Assembly (NCBI GenBank): GCA_001821765.1
Contig: MHOA01000001.1
Location: forward strand, 174,078 to 238,077
Origin: Candidatus Ryanbacteria bacterium RIFCSPLOWO2_12_FULL_44_26
Lineage (GTDB): Bacteria > Patescibacteriota > Minisyncoccia > Ryanbacterales > HO2-45-13
Direction of reading: 5' to 3'
DNA length: 64,000 nt
A program made the position numbers and the translations under genes. Numbering within the stretch: the stretch's first letter is position 1; each line of letters begins with the position of its first letter. Under the pieces are notes generated by a model. It searched no databases. It worked only from the letters and a program-made list of their open reading frames with translations, and was not told the DNA's origin. Below are positions 1 to 7,753 of this stretch, piece by piece.

Positions 1-619
1 AAACAAGGGAGGGGTTTGATAGTGAAAACTCTCCTGCTTTCCAAAGATGACCTAAGAAAACAGCAGAGGGAAAAGTCACCAACAAAACAGCAAAAAGAAT
101 ATTCTTTGAAATCAAAAAATACTTGAAAAACGGTTCGATATTTTCCTTATCGTCTTTTGGCGGCGGATTTTCGCCTTTGCCATAATGATATTTGTCTATA
201 GCGGTTTGAATTCGTTCATAATGTGCATCTGAAAGCCAAAATATAAATTTCAAAATTCTATTGGCTACTTCATTCCGAATACGTTTAAAAAAGAGTCTGT
301 CGGAAAGATGGTTGGCTACCAAAATCTCTACGAATTCGTTCATTGAAAATTTTTTGCCTGTCGGCTCGTGAATTATCTTTTTAGAATTTTCATCGAATGT
401 AAACTCACTGCCATCTGACATGAAATTTGTAACTTTTTTCTTGTATTCCTCCCCATCCGTTATAACGTAATCAGTCGTTTCTTCTCTCTTCTGTGGCTTG
501 GTCATGTCCACCCCATAGAAAAACCCTCGGTCTAATGCAGCAATTTTGACGAACATTCGTCTCCCATCATTATGGTATGGAGTACTCTCCGGGTAAAGGC
601 GTATCAACGAAAATCCCAT
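1..619 (-). CDS. hypothetical protein, partial (3' end runs off window start)
   Basis: Only one minus-strand frame stays open from an ATG near 619 to position 1 (>200 codons). It is absent from the ORF track because its stop lies outside the window. No recognisable motifs. Confidence 0.35.
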   Translation of the reverse strand, partial: MGFSLIRLYPESTPYHNDGRRMFVKIAALDRGFFYGVDMTKPQKREETTDYVITDGEEYKKKVTNFMSDGSEFTFDENSKKIIHEPTGKKFSMNEFVEILVANHLSDRLFFKRIRNEVANRILKFIFWLSDAHYERIQTAIDKYHYGKGENPPPKDDKENIEPFFKYFLISKNILFAVLLVTFPSAVFLGHLWKAGEFSLSNPSLV

Positions 620-695
620 TTCGTTTTGAAATGTCGTGATGCTTTCGTCTGATGTTTGGTGCGTATAAAGATTTGTGAATTCTTGAGCATTCATA

Positions 696-1325
696 TCACT
701 GCATGATTTGCGTTATTTGCCAATCAGTAAAATCTCCGTTTACCTCGACCTTATGTGTTACGGATTGATCACCAAAAGAATCTCTGAATTCTGTTACGGA
801 ATAGGAATAACCGCTTGCGCCGGAATCTAACAGTCCTACACAAAATACAGCTTCAAAATTATGTTTACCGAAAATACTTTCGCGGACTTTACTTCTGAAA
901 AATTGACCAGCGCCATCGAAAAAAACTACAAGGAGCTTTTCTCGTGCATAATCATCACCTCTTTCGATTTTTAGGTTTATTGCATCGATTATTCTTTGCT
1001 CTCCGCCGGGCAACCTGCGGCCTTTCGGCACATCAAGCGCAGAAACATGCTCCGTTTGAAAAGCCAGTTTCAAATCTTTATCCACAATAAATCCATCACC
1101 GGCATCATCTTCCATAAAAGTGATTTCTCTCCCGTGCATTTTCCGCAGGACAGCGCATATCAGCCAATTAGCCCATGCTTCTCGAGGACGAAGACTGAAA
1201 TTCTTTATCTCCCTGCCGTTCCAGAGAAACTGTGGATTTTTTACCATCGGCTCAAAGTCTTTGAGTGCAATTCTCAAGTCTTTAACAAGTTTATGGTTTA
1301 GAGAAGTAAGTTCGGTGATTAACAT
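696..1325 (-). CDS. hypothetical protein downstream of the R-M operon
   Basis: 209-aa ORF in the track, co-oriented with and 4 nt downstream of the REase gene. No motifs I can assign. Confidence 0.45.
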   Translation of the reverse strand: MLITELTSLNHKLVKDLRIALKDFEPMVKNPQFLWNGREIKNFSLRPREAWANWLICAVLRKMHGREITFMEDDAGDGFIVDKDLKLAFQTEHVSALDVPKGRRLPGGEQRIIDAINLKIERGDDYAREKLLVVFFDGAGQFFRSKVRESIFGKHNFEAVFCVGLLDSGASGYSYSVTEFRDSFGDQSVTHKVEVNGDFTDWQITQIMQ

Positions 1326-1329
1326 GGCA

Positions 1330-2130
1330 TTACAAAATTGTCATCACTTTCTCATACAACATCGGCAAGGCATCCTGCCTCATGCGGAATTTTGTGCCGT
1401 GATTGTGGCCTGTGCGAGCGTCAAAGTCCACAAGGATTTTACCTTCGTCCAACGCTTTCAAAAATCCTTCAAAATTAAATTTCTGTAACATCATCACCTT
1501 TGTGTAATGATAAAATTCTTTTTTCCGAACGATTTTCACTTCGGCCTGAACATAAAAAGCATTGAGTAGTTTTGTTCCGGCTTTGTGTTCCAAATCGTCA
1601 AAACCCCAGTATGGTTGCGGATCTGGTTCGCCAAGACCAATACGCTTTTTCACCGATTCAACCCATGCTTTATGCCGCAAGTCAGCACTTTTTGCGTCAA
1701 ACGAAATTAAAATCTTTCGCTCCTTACGGTCAATCACAACCTTGAAGCCCCGATCGCTTCGCGATTGGCCGTGAATTGTCTGCCGGAAGCTCATTTCGCC
1801 TTTCGAATATTTCTTGCCGTCTTCTTGGTGCGCCCAGCCGTATTTTGGCAAAAGCACTTGCGGCACAAAGCGAATGGCGCGTGGCGAGGGTTCGATGTGG
1901 AAAAGCGTTGTAAGCGAGGTGGAATTGAGGCGTTGTGCTTTCAATTCCCACTCTGCGGCGTTTGGAATCGGCAAATTGTTTTCCTTGATACCAAGCAAAT
2001 CCTCAAGAGTATTACCGATACCACCAGCATTTCCTCGCCGCGCGTTAGGAACAAAGCCCATCGCCGATATTTCTTTCAGCTTGGCTATTAGTTCCGGCTT
2101 TGTATAAGTTTTAGGTTTATTCTTTGCCAT
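1330..2130 (-). CDS. Type II restriction endonuclease, MvaI/BcnI family
   Basis: 266-aa ORF. By recall it matches BcnI/MvaI: 'GNTLEDLLGIKENNLPIPNAAEWELKAQRLNSTSLTTLFHIEP' resembles BcnI 'GQILERQFGVQENNITLGDLGEFELKGMRN..LTLFHKKP'. C-terminal 'FYHYTKVMML...DFDARTGHNHGTKFRMRQ' resembles BcnI 'FHFTKAYMLT...GPHDRGPHLRI'. It sits immediately downstream of a beta-class MTase. Confidence 0.8.
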   Translation of the reverse strand: MAKNKPKTYTKPELIAKLKEISAMGFVPNARRGNAGGIGNTLEDLLGIKENNLPIPNAAEWELKAQRLNSTSLTTLFHIEPSPRAIRFVPQVLLPKYGWAHQEDGKKYSKGEMSFRQTIHGQSRSDRGFKVVIDRKERKILISFDAKSADLRHKAWVESVKKRIGLGEPDPQPYWGFDDLEHKAGTKLLNAFYVQAEVKIVRKKEFYHYTKVMMLQKFNFEGFLKALDEGKILVDFDARTGHNHGTKFRMRQDALPMLYEKVMTIL

Positions 2131-2134
2131 AGTA

Positions 2135-2887
2135 TTACCAAAGTTTAACTTGGGATTGATGTTGTTTTATTCTCTTTTTCGCCATTTCGCAATACTCCGG
2201 CGAAATATCAATCCCAATATAATCCCGCTTGAAGTTTATCGCAGAAATTGCCGTTGTGCCGGAACCCATAAATGGGTCCAGGATAATTTTAGCGTCCGTG
2301 GCGGAAACAATCCGGTCAATCAAATTTACCGGAAAGGCGGCCGGATGTTCATTGTTCATTTCTTGCGTAAAATCCCAAACATCGCCGTGCGCGTTCGCCT
2401 TTGTAGTAAGTTTGAATTTTGGTTTTGCGATAAGGTAAATAACTTCATAAGTAGGTAAGAAATATCCGGCGTTGAAATTGAGGCCGCCTTTCCGCTTCCA
2501 AATGATAATCTGGCGAACCGGAAAACCACTCACGATGTCTTGCCGGTCTTGCAATAAGCCGCCCTGTACACGCCATTTGTGATTGTAGAAAATTGCGCCG
2601 TCTTCCGGGATAATTCTCATCATTTCAGTCAAACAATCCCGCTGCCATTTCACATATTCGTCATGGGGCATACAGTCGTCGTGGTGTGAATAGCCGTTTT
2701 GCAGGGCGGCGTTTGCCCACTTTCCGCCACGGCCGTCTTTCATTCCGTTGCCAGTAGAATTTTTGAGATTGTAAGGAGGCGAAGTAATCACCAAATGCAC
2801 CGAGCCGTCCGGTATTTCTTTCATTACATCAACGGCACTGCCGCAGACGATCTTATTCAAAAAGTTTTCTGGAAATTTTGTCTTCAT
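2135..2887 (-). CDS. DNA methyltransferase, beta class (likely N4-cytosine partner of MvaI/BcnI-like REase)
   Basis: 250 aa. Motif IV 'SPPY' (residue ~36) precedes motif I 'DPFMGSGTT' (residue ~205). That order is the beta-group m4C/m6A architecture, as in M.MvaI, M.BcnIB and M.PvuII. Confidence 0.85.
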   Translation of the reverse strand: MKTKFPENFLNKIVCGSAVDVMKEIPDGSVHLVITSPPYNLKNSTGNGMKDGRGGKWANAALQNGYSHHDDCMPHDEYVKWQRDCLTEMMRIIPEDGAIFYNHKWRVQGGLLQDRQDIVSGFPVRQIIIWKRKGGLNFNAGYFLPTYEVIYLIAKPKFKLTTKANAHGDVWDFTQEMNNEHPAAFPVNLIDRIVSATDAKIILDPFMGSGTTAISAINFKRDYIGIDISPEYCEMAKKRIKQHQSQVKLW

Positions 2888-2888
2888 A

Positions 2889-3101
2889 TCATTTCAAAAG
2901 TTGGTCTATCGAAATATCCAACCCTGCGGCAATTTTGACGACTGTCTGAATTGAGGGCTTGGTGATTACGTTCGCCTCAATTTTAGTCAAAGTTGTATAG
3001 GGAATGTCGCACTTCCGTGCGAGTGCGTCTTGTGTCAATCCTTGCTTGGTTCGCAGGATTTTTATTTTATCCCCAATTTGTTTGTTGTTCTTGCTTTCCA
3101 T
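2889..3101 (-). CDS. controller (C) protein, XRE-family HTH regulator of R-M system
   Basis: Track ORF 2889..3134 begins at a TTG. The likely true start is the internal ATG at 3101 ('MESKNNKQIGDKIKILRTKQGLTQDALARKCDIPYTTLTKIE...'), giving a 70-aa HTH_XRE protein head-to-tail with the MTase. Upstream there are AGTATGA direct repeats and a TCATACT inverted copy that resemble a C-box. Confidence 0.6.
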   Translation of the reverse strand: MESKNNKQIGDKIKILRTKQGLTQDALARKCDIPYTTLTKIEANVITKPSIQTVVKIAAGLDISIDQLLK

Positions 3102-3206
3102 AGTATGATAGTATAAGTATGAGCGTTGATGCAAGCTCGCACAATCATACTAACATGAATTTTATTTTTTCTCAATTTATTGCCGCCAAAAATCCCGTCC
3201 GTCCCC

Positions 3207-3293
3207 GCAAGAACACGGCGGAAGGGGGTCGTTCAGACTCTGATGAGTCTTCAGACTCGAAGAGGTGTGGGGGGAATTCCGCCGTGTTCTTGC
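3207..3293. repeat. long perfect hairpin (17-bp arms gcaagaacacggcggaa / ttccgccgtgttcttgc, ~53-nt loop)
   Basis: Read directly. The loop contains nested palindromes cagactc-tgat-gagtc-ttca-gactc and G-runs. Confidence 0.7.
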
Positions 3294-3336
3294 AAAAAAT
3301 AGAGGCCAGCCCCGCCGCCCTGCTTGTCAAAGCAAA

Positions 3337-3425
3337 GCACCACAGAAAAATACTCTTTTCATTAAGAGAAAAAGAAACCCGGCGCGCGCAAAATGAAAAG
3401 AGCAAAGAGTATTTTTCTGTGGTGC
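3337..3425. repeat. long perfect hairpin (22-bp arms gcaccacagaaaaatactcttt / aaagagtatttttctgtggtgc, ~45-nt loop containing ggcgcgcgc)
   Basis: Read directly. Confidence 0.7.
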
Positions 3426-3508
3426 GGCGAGTGGTAGCGAGCGGCGGCGGGGCGGCTTCATTCGTCGGGGTTCGTTTGGTAAAAGGTTCGGATTTTGTTC
3501 AGGAGACA

Positions 3509-3632
3509 CAGCCACATTGTATGAATCGGAAAGGTTGCCTCGCGGCTTCGCCGCTCGGCATTGAATTTGGCGAGGATTTGCCAGTCATTTTTGAACGAAA
3601 CCGAAACCGCTCGCTCCGCGAGCTGGGGGTTC
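3509..3632. repeat. inverted repeat, left copy (124 bp; sense copy of tRNA-Gln last 6 nt CAGCCA plus 118 bp of its 3' flank)
   Basis: The reverse complement of 5080..5203 matches 3509..3632 at 122/124 positions (mismatch aatttggcg vs aattcagcg). This explains the shared peptide '[40 protein letters not shown]' in spurious ORFs 3458..3763(-) and 4952..5260(+). Confidence 0.85.
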
Positions 3633-3729
3633 ATTTCGCAAAGCGAAATACAAATGAAATTTGTGAGCCGACTTTTTCTTTTCCACCAAAGGCGGAAACC
3701 AAAGCGACAGTAATTATCCCAAAAGCGAT

Positions 3730-5019
3730 ATGAGCAAATTCTTTCTCTACGCAAGAAAATCAACCGACGAGCCGGATAGGCAAATTTTGAGTATTGAGGC
3801 GCAAATAACCGAATTGCGAGAGTTTGGTGAGCGAGAGCATTTGGAGATCGTGCAGGAGTTTGTGGAGAGCCAGACAGCTAAAGAGCCGGGGCGACCCGTT
3901 TTCAATCAAATGCTCTCGCTCATAGAGAAAGAATTTGCTCAAGGAATTTTGGCGTGGCATCCCGACAGATTAGCGAGAAATAGCGTGGACGGCGGCAGAA
4001 TAATTTACTTGATCGATACCACCAAAATTCGTGAGTTGAAATTCCCTACCTTTTGGTTCGATGCCACGCCACAAGGAAAATTCATGTTGAATATCGCTTT
4101 TGGGCAATCCAAATACTACATTGATAATCTTTCAGAGAATGTGAAAAGAGGGTTGCGTCAAAAAGTGAGACGAGGCGAATATCCGGGCGTGGCTCCCACC
4201 GGATACCTGAACGACAAAGTGAATCACAAAATGGTGAAAGACCCCGAACGCTATCGCCTCGTCCAAAAACTTTTTGAATTGTACGCAACCAAAAATTATT
4301 CTCTGAAAGATTTACGAAATGAAATTACTGAAATTGGCTTGGTGAGCCGGAACGGAAAGCGGCTAACTGTTTCCAATATCCAAATGATTTTACGCAATCC
4401 GTTCTACTACGGCGCGTTTAAGTTCAACGGCGAGTTATATGAAGGCAAGCACGAGCCAGCGATAGCAAAGAAACTTTTTGATAAAGTCCAAGAAGTTATG
4501 TCGGAAAAATCTCGTCCCAAGAAGCGAGGCGAGAAGACATACATTTTTCGCGGATTATTGAAATGTGGAGAGTGTGGTTGCGCTATTACCGCCGAGACGC
4601 AAAAAGGACATTCGTATTATCGCTGTACCAAAAAGAAAAATGTTTGCTCGCAACCCTACATCCGCGAAGAAAATCTCGCCTCGCAGATTTCCGACATACT
4701 TCAAAAAGTTTATTTGCCGGAAGATTGGGCGGACAATATGCTCGCGCAATTAGAAACAGACGAAGCGAGCACCGCCCAATCTGATGCCCTTTTCGCTCAA
4801 AATCTAAAAAACGAGGTTAAGGCGTGCGAGGGGAAGCTAGACATGCTTTTAGACGCTCATTTGGAAAAGACCATTACCAGCGAGGAATATATTGCCAAGA
4901 AAAACAAGATCCTCGCACGCAAGATTGATATTGAGCAGAAATTGAAAGATTTTGAGCGGAAAGGGCGATCGCTGGCTCGAACGGACGAGAAATCTCATTT
5001 TAGCCGCTCACCAAGCTAA
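3730..5019 (+). CDS. large serine recombinase (resolvase/integrase family)
   Basis: 429 aa. N-terminal resolvase catalytic motif 'FLYARKST' with the Ser nucleophile, then '[13 protein letters not shown]'. A recombinase domain is followed by a Cys cluster '[22 protein letters not shown]', the large-serine-recombinase zinc ribbon, and a coiled-coil C-terminus. Confidence 0.85.
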   Translation: MSKFFLYARKSTDEPDRQILSIEAQITELREFGEREHLEIVQEFVESQTAKEPGRPVFNQMLSLIEKEFAQGILAWHPDRLARNSVDGGRIIYLIDTTKIRELKFPTFWFDATPQGKFMLNIAFGQSKYYIDNLSENVKRGLRQKVRRGEYPGVAPTGYLNDKVNHKMVKDPERYRLVQKLFELYATKNYSLKDLRNEITEIGLVSRNGKRLTVSNIQMILRNPFYYGAFKFNGELYEGKHEPAIAKKLFDKVQEVMSEKSRPKKRGEKTYIFRGLLKCGECGCAITAETQKGHSYYRCTKKKNVCSQPYIREENLASQISDILQKVYLPEDWADNMLAQLETDEASTAQSDALFAQNLKNEVKACEGKLDMLLDAHLEKTITSEEYIAKKNKILARKIDIEQKLKDFERKGRSLARTDEKSHFSRSPS

Positions 5020-5079
5020 TTCTGTCGCTTTGGGAGATAATTTTTCTGAAAAGAAAAATTATCTTGAAAAAGTCGGCTC

Positions 5080-5203
5080 GAACCCCCAGCTCGCGGAGCG
5101 AGCGGTTTCGGTTTCGTTCAAAAATGACTGGCAAATCCTCGCTGAATTCAATGCCGAGCGGCGAAGCCGCGAGGCAACCTTTCCGATTCATACAATGTGG
5201 CTG
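5080..5203. repeat. inverted repeat, right copy (overlaps tRNA-Gln 3' end by 6 nt)
   Basis: See the left copy at 3509..3632. Confidence 0.85.
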
Positions 5204-5271
5204 GGGAGCAGGGATTCGAACCCCGATACTCGCCTCCAAAGGGCGATGTCCTACCATTAGACGACTCCCCA
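5198..5271 (-). tRNA. tRNA-Gln (anticodon TTG), CCA encoded
   Basis: Minus-strand sequence TGGGGAGTCGTCTAATGGTAGGACATCGCCCTTTGGAGGCGAGTATCGGGGTTCGAATCCCTGCTCCCCAGCCA. It has a 7-bp acceptor stem, anticodon stem TCGCC/GGCGA with loop CTTTGGA, and T-loop TTCGAAT. The ends are typical of bacterial tRNA-Gln (TGGGG....CCCCAGCCA). Confidence 0.85.
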
Positions 5272-5376
5272 TTGATTGCCACCCATGATACCTTAAAGCT
5301 TGTGATTTTTAAAGAGTTTGGCAAAATAAATTCACAAGAAGAACTTTGTAAGAATTGATAAAAAGTTTCCCAAACC

Positions 5377-6498
5377 TCAAGAGATCAGCTGGTTCTGATC
5401 TGTTTGTGTTATTCTCAACACTGCAAGCTCCAGAGGGATCTGCGGGAGAACAGTGGTGTGGGGTGAATGATATGCTTCTAACAACGGAACAAGAGCCAAT
5501 TCAATTTTTTTCACTCCCGCTTTTTTTGCGAGATTTTTTAAAAATGCAATCCGTTCATCCGAAAACGTGCCTTTCAGCTCGTTTTCGTATGCCATATTTA
5601 TGGCAAGAAGCAGCGCGGTGCGTAAATCCTCAATCGCCATTTTATTGAACATTTTAGGATCAACCCCCTGCTCTAAGGATTGCTCAATGACGGCAAAAGC
5701 GGTTTTGATATCGCCATGTAAAAGCGCCGATGAGAACTTTGCAACCAGACCGGCTTTCGGAAGTCCAAAAAGAATGGAAACGTCTTCTGAAGTAATTATT
5801 TCCTTATCAGCAATCCCAAGCAATTGTCCAAACATGCTTTCCGCATCCCGTAGCGACCCTTCCGAAAGAAGTGCTATGACATGCGGCACTTCTTTCTCAT
5901 GTTTTATGTTCTCTTTTTGAGCAAGCTCTTCAAGGCGTTCCTGAATCACTGAAACCGGCAGACGATGAAATTCAAAATGCTGGGTGCGCGAGCGGATGGT
6001 GTCCGGGACTTTTTCCGGATCGGTCGTGGCCAATATAAACATCACATGCTTGGGCGGTTCTTCAAGTGTTTTTAAAAGCGCGTTAAACGCTTCACGCGTC
6101 AGCATATGCACCTCATCTATGATATAGACTTTTCTCTTTGCCCTATGGGGGGCAAATCGTACTGCTTCCCGCAGTTCCCGAATCTCGTCTATTCCTCTGT
6201 TTGAAGCGGCGTCAATTTCAATAAGATCAAGCGCGCTCCCCCTAAGAAACTCCTCACAGATTCCGCATGCATTGCATGGTTCTCCGCTGCCTTTCTGTTC
6301 ACAATTCACCGCTTTCGCCAAAAGCCGTGCCACCGTGGTCTTTCCCGTGCCGCGCGGACCGGAAAACAGATATCCATGCGAAACACGCCCCGCCTCAAGC
6401 GCGCTTATTAACGCACGCACAATATGATCCTGTCCTTTTACCTCGCGAAAGGACTTGGGGCGGTATTTTCTATAAAGCACGAGCTGGTGATCTTCCAT
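5377..6498 (-). CDS. dnaX: DNA polymerase III subunit gamma/tau (short form)
   Basis: Walker A 'GPRGTGKTT', zinc module 'CEQKGSGEPCNACGICEEF', and the SRC motif region 'DTIRSRTQ'. Confidence 0.9.
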   Translation of the reverse strand: MEDHQLVLYRKYRPKSFREVKGQDHIVRALISALEAGRVSHGYLFSGPRGTGKTTVARLLAKAVNCEQKGSGEPCNACGICEEFLRGSALDLIEIDAASNRGIDEIRELREAVRFAPHRAKRKVYIIDEVHMLTREAFNALLKTLEEPPKHVMFILATTDPEKVPDTIRSRTQHFEFHRLPVSVIQERLEELAQKENIKHEKEVPHVIALLSEGSLRDAESMFGQLLGIADKEIITSEDVSILFGLPKAGLVAKFSSALLHGDIKTAFAVIEQSLEQGVDPKMFNKMAIEDLRTALLLAINMAYENELKGTFSDERIAFLKNLAKKAGVKKIELALVPLLEAYHSPHTTVLPQIPLELAVLRITQTDQNQLIS

Positions 6499-6544
6499 GC
6501 CGGAAAGATATCATAAAAAGCGTTTGCTTAAAAGATAAAAAGGG

Positions 6545-7225
6545 TTATTGAGAAGAAATGGTTTGTTCAACAGCACGCGGAGCAGATTTAAACACGATAT
6601 ATTTATATCCTAAAAAATTCCAGAAAAGCGACACGAGCGTTGCTCCAATTTTAGCAAGAATCTCCAAACGCTCCTTTGTTATGCTGTTAAAAGGATCTAT
6701 ATAAGTCGTAAAGAGATACACAATAAAACTGTTTATCGCAATGCCGCCTGCAGACACAATAAGAAATGCCGTAAACTCTTTTTTGCTTGGCATGTCTTGT
6801 CCTTTGAAAGTAAAATAATGATTCCAAAAATAACTGTTGGTAAGAGCGACAATAACGGAAACCGCATTTAACGGAATAATATATAGGCCCTCATATACTC
6901 CGGTAACACGGCTTAATATTGAAAGAATGCCCGTATCAACGGTAAAGTTCATAAGGCCGACAATCCCGAACCGTCCTGCCTGTTTTAAAATTAAAATACG
7001 CGCAAAGATGCGGGCAGCGACAAAATATCCCGCAGATTCAACTAGAGGGAAAAAGATATAGAACGTCCAATACGGAAAAGTGACGCCCTGAAACACAAGC
7101 GGAATATCGGCATTGATGAAAATAATGTTGGCGAAAAAAGCAGTGACAAACCCTACCGTACCGGCGGCGATATAGTCTTTTCCTCTGCTTTTATTGGTTT
7201 TGTTGTTTGTTTTGGTTTCCTGCAT
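6545..7225 (-). CDS. GtrA-like polytopic membrane protein
   Basis: 226 aa with several TM segments. 'FGIVGLMNFTVDTGIL' resembles the GtrA family signature, possibly duplicated. Confidence 0.5.
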   Translation of the reverse strand: MQETKTNNKTNKSRGKDYIAAGTVGFVTAFFANIIFINADIPLVFQGVTFPYWTFYIFFPLVESAGYFVAARIFARILILKQAGRFGIVGLMNFTVDTGILSILSRVTGVYEGLYIIPLNAVSVIVALTNSYFWNHYFTFKGQDMPSKKEFTAFLIVSAGGIAINSFIVYLFTTYIDPFNSITKERLEILAKIGATLVSLFWNFLGYKYIVFKSAPRAVEQTISSQ

Positions 7226-7751
7226 ATTTTACCGTTTCTATTTCCCCTAACACTCCGAGTTGTCTTTTTATAACAAAGAGAAGCAAATAAATCAACAAGA
7301 AAAGAATAATAAAGGCGCTCACGATACCTATATTTATTGTAAGCAGCCGCTGTCCCCAAAGAACCGAGAGTGTAGAAAAAAAATAAATAAGAGAAGGGGA
7401 CGCCAAAATGCTCACGCCCTGCGGAGAAAACGTATGCATAAATGACGCCCAAATGATAATAACACTGTAAAGCAGAAAGAAAAGGAGAATCAAAAACTGC
7501 AACGTCAGTTGGAGCCCCTCCTCAAAGGTAAAAAGCCGAAGCGAAGTGACGCTTACCCACGCAAGCGATACCCCATTGGCAAGGGCGCTGGAAAATCCGA
7601 GCTGTTCTTGTTTATACTCTCCGAAATAAAGTTCCATAGAAATCCAAAGCAGAAAAATCGGGGTTAACACCCACCACACGGAAAGATCTCTCACCAGTGC
7701 GTGTCCTATCTCTCCGAACCCTAACAGCAATTGATTAAAAATCATGGCCAT
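7191..7751 (-). CDS. integral membrane protein (hypothetical)
   Basis: Track ORF 7191..7850 overlaps the upstream gene. The internal ATG at 7751 ('MAMIFNQLLL...') lies 4 nt after the upstream TAA. It has 5-6 hydrophobic segments. Confidence 0.4.
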   Translation of the reverse strand: MAMIFNQLLLGFGEIGHALVRDLSVWWVLTPIFLLWISMELYFGEYKQEQLGFSSALANGVSLAWVSVTSLRLFTFEEGLQLTLQFLILLFFLLYSVIIIWASFMHTFSPQGVSILASPSLIYFFSTLSVLWGQRLLTINIGIVSAFIILFLLIYLLLFVIKRQLGVLGEIETVKYAGNQNKQQNQ

Positions 7752-7753
7752 CG

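Noticed and set aside
3235-3265. CUGAUGAG...CGAAG string inside the first long hairpin loop, and a similar CTGATGAGCGAAGCGG inside the 16S intervening sequence, resembling hammerhead ribozyme core motifs
   Set aside because: Stem II is followed by UCGAAG rather than GAAA, and no consistent stem I/III geometry or cleavage-site context can be drawn. Most likely chance or part of a palindrome.
3119-3763. Track ORFs 3119..3733(+), 3172..3405(-), 3327..3515(-), 3458..3763(-)
   Set aside because: They run through the two long hairpins and the inverted-repeat copy and have low-complexity translations. The shared peptide with ORF 4952..5260 is a by-product of the inverted DNA repeat.
4952-5272. Track ORFs 4952..5260(+) and 5000..5272(-)
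   Set aside because: They translate the inverted repeat and the tRNA-Gln gene itself (MGSRLMVGH is the tRNA 5' end read as protein).
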